The notes beneath the pieces were generated by a model that did not search any database, had not been told where the DNA came from, and saw nothing but the letters and a program-made list of their open reading frames with translations. Source: Callorhinchus milii (Eukaryota). From it: a stretch of 64,000 nucleotides of DNA. The stretch is from positions 23,686,001 through 23,750,000 of the forward strand of contig NW_024704743.1 of NCBI RefSeq assembly GCF_018977255.1, in the 5' to 3' direction. The position numbers and the translations under genes are program-made. How positions within the stretch are numbered: the first letter of the stretch is position 1; every line of letters begins with the position of its first letter. Shown one piece after another: positions 37,478 to 49,282 of this stretch.

Positions 37478-38017
37478 CTCCTTGAAGCTGAGCTGGCTCC
37501 AAGATGACATGCTTGGGATTGGAATGTTGAAATTGAGTCTACACTCTGTGACGATCTCAGTTGTCCTGAGCTCGGTGGGTTCACTGTACTCCCAAGACAG
37601 TGCTGATGATAGACCAACCAGCTGAGTTCAGTGGTGGGATTTGGGGGGGAAGCGTGGTCCCTGGGACAAGGAATGTTCCCATTCTGTCCCAACGCCCTAA
37701 CAGGTACCAGCTGGACAAGCCGTGAAAGCTTACCACACAATGCTCTCAATGACAAGCGTGTTTGGATGGTTAGATTCCAGCAGTACCCCAACACACACAC
37801 TAGGGTTCCATAAGCCTGATCTCTTGCCAAGCTGCACCTGACAAATTTCAGAATTAGGTAAGCAAGATGCATCCCTCCAGGGAGAGAATGTGTACTCTAT
37901 TCGAAACACAGGGAAATTTCTATGCATACATGGAATTCTCAGTCTGGTTTGGATACTCTTAGCTAAGCATGGTGATTGGTTTCTGTCTGTATCAGACACC
38001 CAGCTGACCAAGCAAAA
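37478..38017 (+). mobile_element. Unclassified A-tailed repeat family copy
   Basis: gctgagctggctccaag...cagcagtacccc...catccctccagggagag...tttggatactctt...cagctgaccaagcaaaa is colinear with 13900-14413. Confidence 0.75.
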
Positions 38018-38356
38018 TAGATAGCAAATAGATATTGTATAACCCAACCCTCCTTCCACCCCCCAAAAAATCCCCAACAAATGGTCTGTTTGTCTTCCTT
38101 GTTAGCATAACATATTCCATCTGGGGGATATTCCAATAATCAATTATACAGGAAACAGATGGGATTCAACAAGAAAGAGACTGTAAAAAGAGAAGTGGCC
38201 TAACATCCTCATCTGCGACCCCTCAGTCACATGCTACAGGTTGGTGAGAGGGTCTACATACTGATGCATCGGAGGCTTTTCTTCCCTCTGCTTTCTTGCC
38301 ACTGAGACTGTTAGCTCACAACACAGATATGAACCTGTGTCCCATCCACTCCTTGG

Positions 38357-38539
38357 TGTTGGATACCTTTTAAGAAGAAATGACCAATTAACTGGGAGCC
38401 AATGAAAGGGGGTGAGGAAGTATAAACCAGGATGCGGGGGTGGGGGGGAGCTAACTAGGAGGAGTTTTTGGTTGCAGTGTGTTTTGAGAGCTGAGAATAA
38501 AATAGTAATTTCTACATTTTGAGTTGTGAGAACATAACA
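38357..38539 (+). mobile_element. Solo LTR (183 bp) with a 5-bp target-site duplication
   Basis: TGTT...AACA termini flanked by CTTGG (38352-38356 and 38540-38544); internal CCAAT 38399, TATAAA 38421 and AATAAA 38496 in canonical order. Confidence 0.75.
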
Positions 38540-38631
38540 CTTGGCAGCAATGTGCTGTTGACCAGTGTGGTATCAACATGCTTTTGTTTTATAAGCTCTA
38601 ATTTAAGATGCTTTAATTTCATTTTACTTTG

Positions 38632-38830
38632 ATTACTCAATCCACGACTGTTTGTGGGACACTGCTGTGCGCAATTGGCTGCTGAGGTCTGGCCACAAAA
38701 TACAGGGTCAATTCAATTTACAGTATATCTGTATATATGAAGCACTTTGAGACATCTCAATGATGTGATGATCAAATGTAAAGATATATGATGCTACATC
38801 AAATGTAAAGATTATTTTTATTATTATTAT
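38632..38830 (+). mobile_element. SINE 3' half with a duplicated tail
   Basis: ccacgactgtttgtgggacactgctgtgcgcaattggctg body; atcaaatgtaaagat present twice. Confidence 0.85.
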
Positions 38831-39521
38831 GACATATTAAACCAGAAAGGAAGCTGGAGTGCTCCAAACTGAGCTGGATAACCTGGTGAGATTATGGACT
38901 TGAAGTCGCTTTGGGGATAGTGATCAGGTTTAATGGTGAGGGTGTGAAGTTTATAGGGGAGTTTTATTGAGATCTGGTTCCTTTTGATGTGTTGATGGGG
39001 GATTGTCATTGCCAGCACTGGTTGATGTATATTGGCTGGAGTTCATTGAAAGAATGAGAATCAGGATGGTCACCTATTTCCAGAAAACATTAGCATCTGA
39101 TTGACAGGAAATAAGGTAATCCATATGCTATTACATAAGTTCAAGGGTGAACAGAAAATATGCTTTATATAAAAAAGCTGTAATTTAAGTTGCTTTCATT
39201 CATTATTTTTTAAACTGTATTTTCCGGTTCCCCACCCTGGGGGCCTACATTGTGCATTACTGTCTGCCTAACAGCACACAGACCTCTTCTTACATCAATG
39301 AATTCAGCACAGACCTAGGATAGAAACCTGGGACTGTTGCGGTCAGCCACACATTGGATAAACACACAGCCATCAGAGGAACCTTGATAGACAAATAATC
39401 TTGAGAGCTTTCACACAGATCAGCACTTGCGCGTGTGCAGTTGTTTTCGAGATTGTTGCTGAGTATAGTATATCTTTTGGTGAAGGCAGTTGTTTTGGGT
39501 CCAGCATGTAGCTTTAGGCTT

Positions 39522-39910
39522 CCATAGAAAAACAGAAAAGTACAACACAGTAGGAGGCCATTCAACCCAGTTTTCTGTCTGTTTGTTCCTTCAAGAAGGA
39601 ATCCATCTTAATCCTTGTCTCTCCATGTGCTTGTCAATTTATTGCCTAAATGCCCCCAATTGACTTAGCTCCAGTAGGCACCACTTTCAAATCATTGCTT
39701 ACACTAACAAACCTCTGGGAAGAGAGTTCTTCTGAACCTCTGCTTTTATTCCCTTAGTCACAATCTTGAATTCATGCCCTCTTGACCTCAAATCCCCTAC
39801 CAACAGAAAGAGTTTTTTTTCGTGATTAATGCTCTCAAAGTTTTTCATTAACTTAAACACCTCTATCACGTCACCCCTCGACCTTCTCTGCTCCAGTCCT
39901 CCTTATCCCC
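39522..39910 (-). mobile_element. CR1 3' fragment
   Basis: catagaaa...aggaggccattcaaccc terminus; catgccctcttg (TRGH) and aaacacctctatcacgtcacccctc (RGDVIEVF) motifs. Confidence 0.8.
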
Positions 39911-40402
39911 ATAAACTTTTATTACTTTTGTGTTCTTTTCAATTTGGAAAACAATTGACTAACATAAAAGAGTTTGAACAAACTGAGCAACCAGAAGGTA
40001 AGTGACTCATTTCCTGATGGGTGAGAGAGCGATGTCTTGTTGCCAGTTAAATCAAAACAGCACAGGAGGTTGACAAGACAGTGCTGGAACAGTGTGCAAA
40101 CATTTGTTGGCTTATTCCATTTATAGACTTAGTGTTTGTGTCACTTCCACACTGAGCCTGCCCCAAAGATGAAGCCATGAGCTCTTTGGAAGCACTGGAG
40201 AAACACAATTATGTCAGACTATTCGCTAGTGAAAGGCAGAAGGAAAATAAACCTTTCTAAATACAACTGTGTCTATTGATTTTTTTCGCCCCTGCTTAAA
40301 CTGCCTTTTTATCAACACAACTTCTGTTTGCTGCCCTTGTGACACCACCTGACAGCAATGCAAAGGAAGAATTGCTGGAGACAGACACGTTTTCCCCCCT
40401 GA

Positions 40403-40753
<351 letters not shown>

Positions 40754-43374
40754 TGACCTGTTATGTTTGGCTATGTCATTTCACAAGCGGGCACACAGGA
40801 AAGAGACAGTGGTTCACAGAGCTTTCTGAATATCTGCAGGTGAAATAGAGCTGTGGTGATACTCAGCCTTCCTCTGGGGACACAGAGTCGAGAGCGTGAA
40901 CTCACATCCTTGAAACCACTTCCGCAGGGATGTGTAAGATCGAAGTGTTGCTGCCATCACAGTGCGCAGTACGTTGTTCCCCACAGAGCAGAGCTCATTG
41001 GTTGAGTGACCCCTTTCCTGACTAGTCAATAGTCCGTGGCTTACTGGAGCTCACACCATCCTGACAGATAATGCATTTGGACATTGCTAAAACGTTTGTG
41101 TATTTACACTGTACGCATCCTGTGCATTACTGATACTCATGAATTCTATTGGGAGAATGACCTTTATGCTGGAAGGGTGCTTTTAGTATTGGCCTTGATG
41201 AAAAGATGTATTCATTAAAGTGACAGGTGAAAACACAACAGATCAAATCTCTCTTTTTGCTAGCAGCGGGCATTGCTTGTATGCCACCACATCAGTTCAG
41301 AGTTACCGTCCAATTTAAATAATGGACAAGGAGCCTGTCCTGCTATTTTGCAGACTTTACCACCTACATTTAAAGGGGAAGAAAGTGAATTGGGCATGTA
41401 GTGCAAACCTTCTGGTTTGATATAATTTTTTTGTTTCTTCTCCCCCCTCAAATGTTGATATTTGTTTTTGTTTTGTTTTAGCTGGCACTTAGTGACAGAG
41501 AGAAAGAATGTGTGGAATATTCTCCCTGTGCGAGCCTCCCCTGATGCTCACTGGCACATTGACTCCCCACAGCACACTGCTAACTTCCTAGTATTGTGTG
41601 TGTGTGGAGGTGGGGGGAGAGGAAGGGAGGCAATTCAAGTCTCTGTGCAAATACTGTTAGTGCCAATGGGAAATCCAGGACATAGGTGTAGAAGAATACA
41701 GTGGATCAAAGCAGAATTGTATTACCAAGAACTGATTTGTCACAGATATTTTATATTTCCAGAAACCACTGGGTGACTTTGCAGTTCTTTATAAGTGCAA
41801 TGTACTTCCAGTCGTTTCAATACTGTGACTCCACCTGGGAGAATAAGCTTGTTTTAAGCTTGATCATTGTAAACCTATTTCTTTTGTCCAGGACATTACT
41901 TCAATCATCGAACAGCTAAAACAGGAGCTCATTGTTGGCTGGGTTGTACTTTCCTGTTTGTTTGCTTTTCAAAGTGTTGCTTTTTAGTTTCCTGAACAGG
42001 AGTTTTATCATGTGAGACCTGTCTCCGGTTGGAAATTACTGAAAAACATTCTCATCTATTAAGTTTGTAGCTTTCAAATGAAGGCTTGGAACTCCCTGGA
42101 GGCCAAAGTTTTTGCTGTCTGTTTTACCAATGACTATAAATAGCAGTAAATGAAACCGTCAACTCTAAATGTTTTCCCCGTGGCAACTGTACAGGCGCTA
42201 ATGCATTGCTGTTATCATGTAGTTCATTATTACTCTTCTGCTCTTGAGTTTCCAAAGTTGCTTGGAAAACACAAGAAAAGTGCGATAATTATCAATCACA
42301 AGCCACATTTTCACCACACACTGATGATAGCAAGCCCAGGTAGCCCAGACCAGCCTCATTGTGTCACTTCCTTTTAACTCCTTCATTGTGCACTAATAGT
42401 AGTGAAACTCATAATAAGATTCACATGGCTTCAGTGGCACTGCTTACGGCATCTCCCTGGAGCGCAGAGTTTCAAGTGGGAGTGACCCAAGTGGTACTTT
42501 CAAATGGCAGTGAGTGGTGAGATTGTATCACTGACAATTTACCTCACCTGTCCAAATTGTTTTTAAAAAGATGATTCCTTACTGCTCGCACGTGCTTGTT
42601 GGCACGAATGCACACTTGGGACAGTAACATGATTCTCGATTTTTGCTGTTGACTAAAGTCGTAGGATTACGTTTTCAATAGGGTCGCTGGCGTGTAAGAT
42701 CCAGAAAGATTAGCAGAGTCTTTCCGTGGTCTAAAATCATCCCACTTTGCAGTAAGATCCTATTGATGCCTGTCACCAAGTTCATTACACAGAATGCAAT
42801 GATCAATCCAGCAATAGACATACCAGCAGCTTACATTTACATACACCTTTCAAATTAAAGATATTAAAGTGCTTCACAATAGAGAATAACTAGAAACAAA
42901 CTAAATGATTGTTGTAATGATACGTATGATACAGTGACACAGTGCATGTAAAGTGGGCAACACCACAATGTTTGTCTGAACTCCCTAGTGCAATCTTTGG
43001 CAGCTTCACAGATGTGGTCCGGATAGATGGGGCTTTGCAGTTCACATCAGCATTCAGCAGAAATCCCTTCTACCTGCTTCGCAAAGCTCACATTACCTAT
43101 CTGTGAATTGTCTTCTGACATTTTACTGTCCAGAGATAGGATTTATTTGAAATCAAAATGAAAAAACTAAACCTACATTTAGCTAATTTGCATGTTGGTT
43201 TCCTGCACTAGCCAAGGTACATTTCTAGCTCATTTCATTACCGCCTTTCCATTGACCTCTCCAGTTAATGTAATACTGCCAGATTCCATTACCAAGTTTT
43301 AATTGGACAAACTATGATGTCCAGTGTTAACTGTGTGTTATTAATATATCTCCTGCTGGTGCCTTGGAGAGTAT

Positions 43375-43697
43375 GGAGTCCTGTAGCTCAGTGGTTAGAG
43401 CACTCGCTTTGCAAGTGAGAGACCTGAGTTCAATTCCAGGCAGAGGGCGAAACCTTGGGCAAGTTTCCTTACTCCACACAGAGCCTAATAATAATAATCC
43501 CTCCAAAAACCCCCCAAAATAATAAATTGGTCATTTTCAATCTACGACTGTTTGTGGGACATTGCTGTGCACAATTGGCTGCCGCGTTTGCCCACAAATA
43601 TACAGTCAATTCACTTTACAGTATATTGTGTGAAGCGCTTTGAGACATCTAGAAGACGTGAAAAGCGCTATATCAAATGCAAGGATTATTATTATTA
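43375..43697 (+). mobile_element. Full-length young tRNA-Ala-derived SINE, short subfamily
   Basis: A box TAGCTCAGTGG, anticodon arm CTCGC-TTTGCAA-GTGAG, B box GTTCAATTC, L2-like tail plus (ATT)n. Confidence 0.95.
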
Positions 43698-44149
43698 TAT
43701 CAAGAGTTACTATACAATATAACCTGCAGAATCTGTGGGAGTTTTACCACCTGCTCAGTGACCTCAACTTATTGGCATTTTAACTTGTTTCATTGCTTCC
43801 TAATGATTAAGAACAAACCGTGAATACTCTGCAGTGGGTTTTCCTTTCACAGCAGCACTATCCACTGCATGCATTTCTGGACTACTTTTTCTTATTTCTC
43901 AATTCTCTTTACATTATCCCCCCCCGCCCCACCGAAAAAAAATCTTTTCTCTCTCTCGAGATAATGACAATGACTGCGTTTTCCCAGGCATCAACTGTCA
44001 CACAGTATCTCGTCCAATTAGCCAGTGTGCAATGGACAGTGACTGTGAGCATGCTATTAGATTGAAGGGGCATGACAGCTAAACTCATTCCTGTCTGCAA
44101 CCAATATTAATGTGTGTGTACCAACATGTGTGTTTTATGGCATGGGTCT

Positions 44150-44260
44150 CTGACTAGCAGTCAGAAATTTGATCCCTGGCTGAATTTCCCCTCCCTAACC
44201 CAGGGATGCTAACCCAGAGCTGTTGACAATGTCCCCAGGAACTAGTTAAATCAGCATGTA
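44150..44260 (-). mobile_element. LF-SINE-like fragment
   Basis: gatccctggctgaatttcccctccctaacccaggg is the near reverse complement of 45550-45584. Confidence 0.65.
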
Positions 44261-44599
44261 TTTGTACTAGGATATTCACAAATGCAAAATTTATTTTTTG
44301 ATACTGGGGGAGGGGAATCAAATCTTTAAACGAATAAAGGATAAATGTATGAATTGAACAAGGGAAATACAAGGACAGGAGCGCCTCATTCAGCTCTGTC
44401 CTGCGGTTTCTTAGGCGGCAGTGATAAATGGTACTAATGATCTGGAGTGATATTATTGCTTGCGGAGTAGCACAAATTATTTAGAAATAGTGTCAGTGAT
44501 TTAGGTATGGCACTAGTGATCTAGAAATAGTACTAGTGACTTGAAAGTACAGGTGCAGCATTTTCTTGCCACAAGATTCCAATTTCATGCATCTTAACT

Positions 44600-44790
44600 T
44601 AATATGGCACCTTATCAAATGCTTTCCAAAAATTCATGTAAGAATTATTCATGAAAAAAAATCCATGTAAATTCCATCCATTGATCTTCCTTTATCCAAA
44701 GCCACAGGTTAGGTTAATCAGACATGATGTACCTTTCTTAAAAAAAATGTTGATTCTCTCTGGTCAGTTCATATTTATCCAGATGCTCAG
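44600..44790 (-). mobile_element. CR1 RT fragment
   Basis: Minus strand YMNFWKAFDKVP (compare YMDFQKAFDKVPH). Confidence 0.7.
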
Positions 44791-45439
44791 TTCCTCTGTC
44801 CCATGGGCAGAGTTTTCTGTAACAACCCTCTGGGCTAATGAATACTGTCTGAGGTCCACAACTGTTCCACATCACAGCGCTGAAAAGACACAATCTGCCA
44901 ACAAGTTCCTTAAGTGCAGTGCAAAGCACATGTATTTTTAGCTGCAATTCAGGACGTTCCCCAGTGCTTGAGGCTGTGTAATGTGAAGAGAAGACACAGT
45001 GAACTGCAAGGATGAAATGAAACTGATCAAAGGTTTGCGTGAATCCATTGAAATCTCTGGCTCTTTGAGAACTGAAGACCACAGGCCCATCAGTAAATGG
45101 TAGACAACTTGAATGGGTGCTTTACTAATGTTCTATTTAGAAATAAAAGCAAACGTCATCTGTCCATATCAGTGACGTGTACTCAGTCATGCTTCTAATT
45201 TTGCCCTTGCCTATAAAGAGCATTTTCCTTAGGATTTTAAATGATTAAGGCGTAATTTTCTACCTATCCCAGTAAGTCGCTTCCAAGCATAGTACAAAGG
45301 GTAGGTGCATGTGTGTTCATACATCAGGCATGATTTTCCTTTGTGTATCGACAGGTTGATATCAGTGGTTTGGTAGTAGTCAGGCTCTCCTAAACATTGA
45401 GTGGGTAAAGCCACTGCTGGGGATAGTCCGAGGCCTTAC

Positions 45440-45615
45440 ATACAGGAAGGTTGAATGGTTGAATCCTGGTCAATAATTGAGTTAGTCAATGTTATCAGGG
45501 TTAGCACCCCTGGGTCAGCATCACTGAATCTGGATTGCTGTGTCAGCACCCCCGGGTCAGGGAGGGGAAATTCAGCCAGGGATCACACTTACGATTGCTA
45601 TCCAGAGGATTCACT
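45440..45615 (+). mobile_element. LF-SINE-like fragment
   Basis: cagcacccccgggtcagggaggggaaattcagccagggatc...gattgctatccag. Confidence 0.65.
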
Positions 45616-45829
45616 ATCAGCATCTGATATCCTAATTCACAGAACAAATAAATGGTCTAAATGGAATACAAAGGAAGATGTTTACCTCTCGCAAATTGTT
45701 TTCCAGTGACAGTAGTATCAAGTTTCTTCCAGTTTAGTTAGTTGGGTAGAGGGAGTAAAGAGGAGAGGGCACAGCATTAGCTGGAGTAGGAATGGGGAGT
45801 GAAGTCAGAGTACATAGGGCTGGGCTGCC

Positions 45830-46135
45830 ACAGCAAAGAGCATTGCATTGTTGAAGGTGCTGTCTTTTGAGAGGTTAAACTGTGGTCCAATCTGTCTATT
45901 CGTGTGGACATTAAAGATCCCACAGTACTACTTGAAAAGAGTTTCTCCACGTGTTCTGGCCAACAGTCCCTCAAATAAAATTGGTCACTCACTTCATGCC
46001 TGTTTGTGGAAACTTTGCTGTGTGCAAATTGGTTGCTTTAGAAATACAGTCACTGCACTTTACAGTATATCATGTGAAGCAATTTGACACGTCCTCCTGA
46101 CATGAAAGGCATTGTATCAAACAAAGTATTATTTT
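45830..46135 (+). mobile_element. DeuSINE-type copy
   Basis: gcattgttgaaggtgctgtctttt...gtggacattaaagatccca...gttctggccaac Deu domain plus L2-like tail. Confidence 0.8.
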
Positions 46136-47269
46136 TAGTTTTAAAATATTGCCAAAAAAACAAAGAATGCTGCATTTTGTGTGTATTTTTTTAAGTACAA
46201 GGGACCCATAGCTAATAAACTAAAAAGTTAATTAAACACAAAGCCACATTATCCATTGAATGAATTCTCTTAAATGTTGTTTTCCTGGCGGACAGTGCTT
46301 CTTTCTGTGTCAGGCAGATATGAAGAGTGGAGCTACTAATAATGATCTATTTCTTCTCCACTGAGCTGTGCGCCCCCTCACAAACAAACACACTGAATCC
46401 CAACGTTCTTTTCACCTGCCAACCGTGGTTTAAGAAGCCGTCTTGCGTTCAGGGACAAATTTAGGAAACTACAACTAATTAATGTTATTTTTTTTAAAAA
46501 AGCTTCAGCACCTTGTCATCTTTATTTTTAATTGCTTTGTCTCAGTTTATCGAGTTCAGAATCTCATAGTCGTGTGTAATAAGGAGCCACATCACAGTGA
46601 TGTGATCCGATACACAAATGGAGATGTTCGAGGTCAGGTTATAGGCCAGAAAAGGTCTAGAATAATGTGATGTGGATGGAAAGCTTCCTGGCCTCAGCAC
46701 CTGCTCAGCAGTAGCTACACTATGGCTGTGTTATCCTCTGAATGGTGGAAGGCCTCTTTAGCCTTTCAAAACCCACCCTTTCCCAGGATGAGCTCCTGAC
46801 TTGTTTTGAAGTGCAAATGAATTCAAAACTAGCTCGTTCAGCTTTTGCCTTGTTCGATTTGAGTTAGATTTCAGTCGGTGTAATCAAGTGCAGCTTCAGG
46901 TTTTCAAACACTGCTCCTACAGCTTAAGGAATCAAAATGCTAAGTCCTAAAAGCACAGTCTTATAATTCAATTCCCCCATACATCAATACTTTACCCCAC
47001 TCCATTTTTTTNCAACAAAAAGGAATAATCCCAGACACTTTGTTCTGCTGAAACAAAAAATACTTTTTGTTGGTGTCATTTACCTCTGAAATAAGTCCTG
47101 CCATTCATATCAGTGCTTTAACATTAGGGCTGTTAACATGACCTTTGGATAATGTTCTAGTGCCTTCCGATTCTTTTCCACCGGTCAGAAGCTAGGATGC
47201 AACAAGAACATGTTGGCACATGACCAGGCAGATAGTTTGAAACAGATACCTTGGTCAGATCCACTGTGG

Positions 47270-47672
47270 CATTGAGTGCAAGTTATTTTGTCAACTTTAC
47301 AATGCAAGTTCAAGCCCCAATTTGGGACTTTGAATTCATACATACTTGACTGACAATCAAATGCATTGCTGGAGGTGTGCTGCATTGTTAGAGGTGCCGT
47401 CCTTCAGATGAGATATTTAAACCGAGGTCCTGTCGACCTCTTGAAGTGGACATTAAAGATCCCATAGCACTATTTGAAAAGAGAACAATCTCCCAAATAA
47501 AATTGATCATTCACTTCATGGCTGTTTATCGGGATGCCTATGTGCAAATTGGCTGCCATGTTTGCCCACAAAACACACAGTCAATCAATCCACTTTACAG
47601 TATATACTGTGATTCGCTTTGGGACGTCCTCCTGATGTGAAAGAAACTATACCAAATGTAAGGATTATTAAT
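47270..47672 (+). mobile_element. DeuSINE-type copy, near full length
   Basis: gttcaagcccc B box; gaggtgccgtccttcagatgagatatttaaaccgaggtcctgtc Deu domain; gggacgtcctcctgatgtgaaa tail. Confidence 0.85.
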
Positions 47673-48624
47673 ATTAACATATTGCATCCAAGAAGAACTT
47701 AACATACTTGCTCTTTGCTTTAATAGTAGGGGATGCTTACTCCTCTCTCGAAAATAGAAATGCTTTGCTGTTTCTCCCTTCCTCCTCCTCCTGTCCATAA
47801 CACAGTAAAGTTTGTGGACTCTGAAATGGCACAGCGTAGCACGTTGGAACGCCAATATGCTGTGCCGCTGTGTCACTCGTCCCTGTTATCAGCAACATTT
47901 TTGTTCATAACAGCTACAAAACTGCTTTAGTATCAGTTTGTAGTGGGGAGTAATACACAAAGGTAAACAACAGTATATTCAATCACATCTTGAGGTTTTT
48001 TTTTGTTGATGCCAATGTTTGGCAATGTCTGTGACAATGATATAGTAGTAACATTGACAATGCCCTACATTGACAATGTCAACGTTATCAGGTTTGCCGA
48101 ATCCTTTTGTTTTCATAAAGACACCGCCCTTTAACAAAAGAACAAAAGATTAGTCTATGTGACCAAAAAAAACAACTTGCATTTATATAGTGCCCTCCAC
48201 GCCGGACGGCGTCTCAGAGCGCTTTACAGTAATGGATCCCGGGACCGAGCCAGCAACAGCAACTAAATATGTTGACCCAAAACAGTAGCTTCAACACAGT
48301 TTTCTCTACCACCTGCTAGGAATGTAAATTCTTAGTCACTCTACAAGTTCTATTTCTCAGAACTCCTTTGAAGTTTATGGAGCATCTGAGGCTTCAGATA
48401 ATAAAAGCCACTGTGATCCCATAGTGAGTCATTCAAGACACTTTTCCAGACTGGTAAATGGCCAGAGCTAATGACAAGACTAGTGAATCCTGTCCTTGAT
48501 CTCACCTGCTGCTGCAGATATCTAACATATCTACGCTTTCAGCTAACACAATGTGTAGGAGCCTCAGGCCAGTGGGGTCCGCACCTGCAATTTTTCATCT
48601 CAGGTGACAGGCAAGAGACTGCCA

Positions 48625-48795
48625 GCACAAGTGGTGGAGCAGGAAATTAACAAAGCGCTTCAAAAAGGAGCCAGACAAGTTCATGTCAACTGAAAGGATT
48701 CAGGGATATTAAATTTAGAGATGGATATCAAAGGAATCTAGTGGGAAGTTGGCTGAATGGACCGATGACATGTCAATGTCTTATTTGGTTACTCT
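48625..48795 (+). mobile_element. CR1 3' end fragment
   Basis: gtggtggagcag...ttcaaaaaggagccagacaagttcatg (FKKELDKFM-like) and ggctgaatgg terminus. Confidence 0.6.
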
Positions 48796-48939
48796 GATAC
48801 TATGTTTGTCATTGTCAAGAGAAAGGGGTGTGGAATCTGAGGTGTGTGGCCCAAAAGGGGTCTGTCTCTTCCAAACAGCTTTAGAAAAAAGCAGCAGCAG
48901 AGGTCAAGAGCGATGCCATTCCCAATATTTAGCCCCATT

Positions 48940-49282
48940 TGGAACTCACTTAGTTTCGGCTGACCTTTCATTGCAGTATTGGGGATGATTTGCATTGTTG
49001 GAGGTGCCATCCTTTGGATGAGATGTTAAACCAAGGTTGGACATTAAGTACACAGTGATGTCCAGTCAAAAAGAGAAGCTACTTTCCCCTGGTGCCCTTG
49101 CCAACAATCCCTCACTTAATTATTGGTTATTCACTTCATGACTGTCATCAGGACATTGCTGTGCGCAAATAGGCTGTCATCAACAAAATACACAGTCACT
49201 ACACTTCACAGTTAATCCTATAAAGTGTTTTGAGATGTCCTCGCTATGTAAAAGGTGTATATCAAATGCAAGGATTGTTATT
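48940..49282 (+). mobile_element. DeuSINE-type copy
   Basis: gcattgttggaggtgccatcctttggatgagatgttaaacc Deu domain plus tail. Confidence 0.8.

Noticed and set aside
43375..43447. Apparent tRNA-Ala gene (also at 30420-30490, 55664, 60958 and 3769)
   Set aside because: No proper acceptor stem, and it continues directly into the SINE body and tail; these are SINE heads.
44481..44550. Degenerate 20-bp tandem (ttagaaatagt...agtgat), about 3.5 units
   Set aside because: Ordinary short decayed tandem duplication with no further structure.
47828..47866. Small hairpins (ggcacagc...gctgtgcc; also 40903-40934 and 57647-57666)
   Set aside because: Stems of 7-11 bp are expected by chance in 64 kb and are too short for a pre-miRNA.
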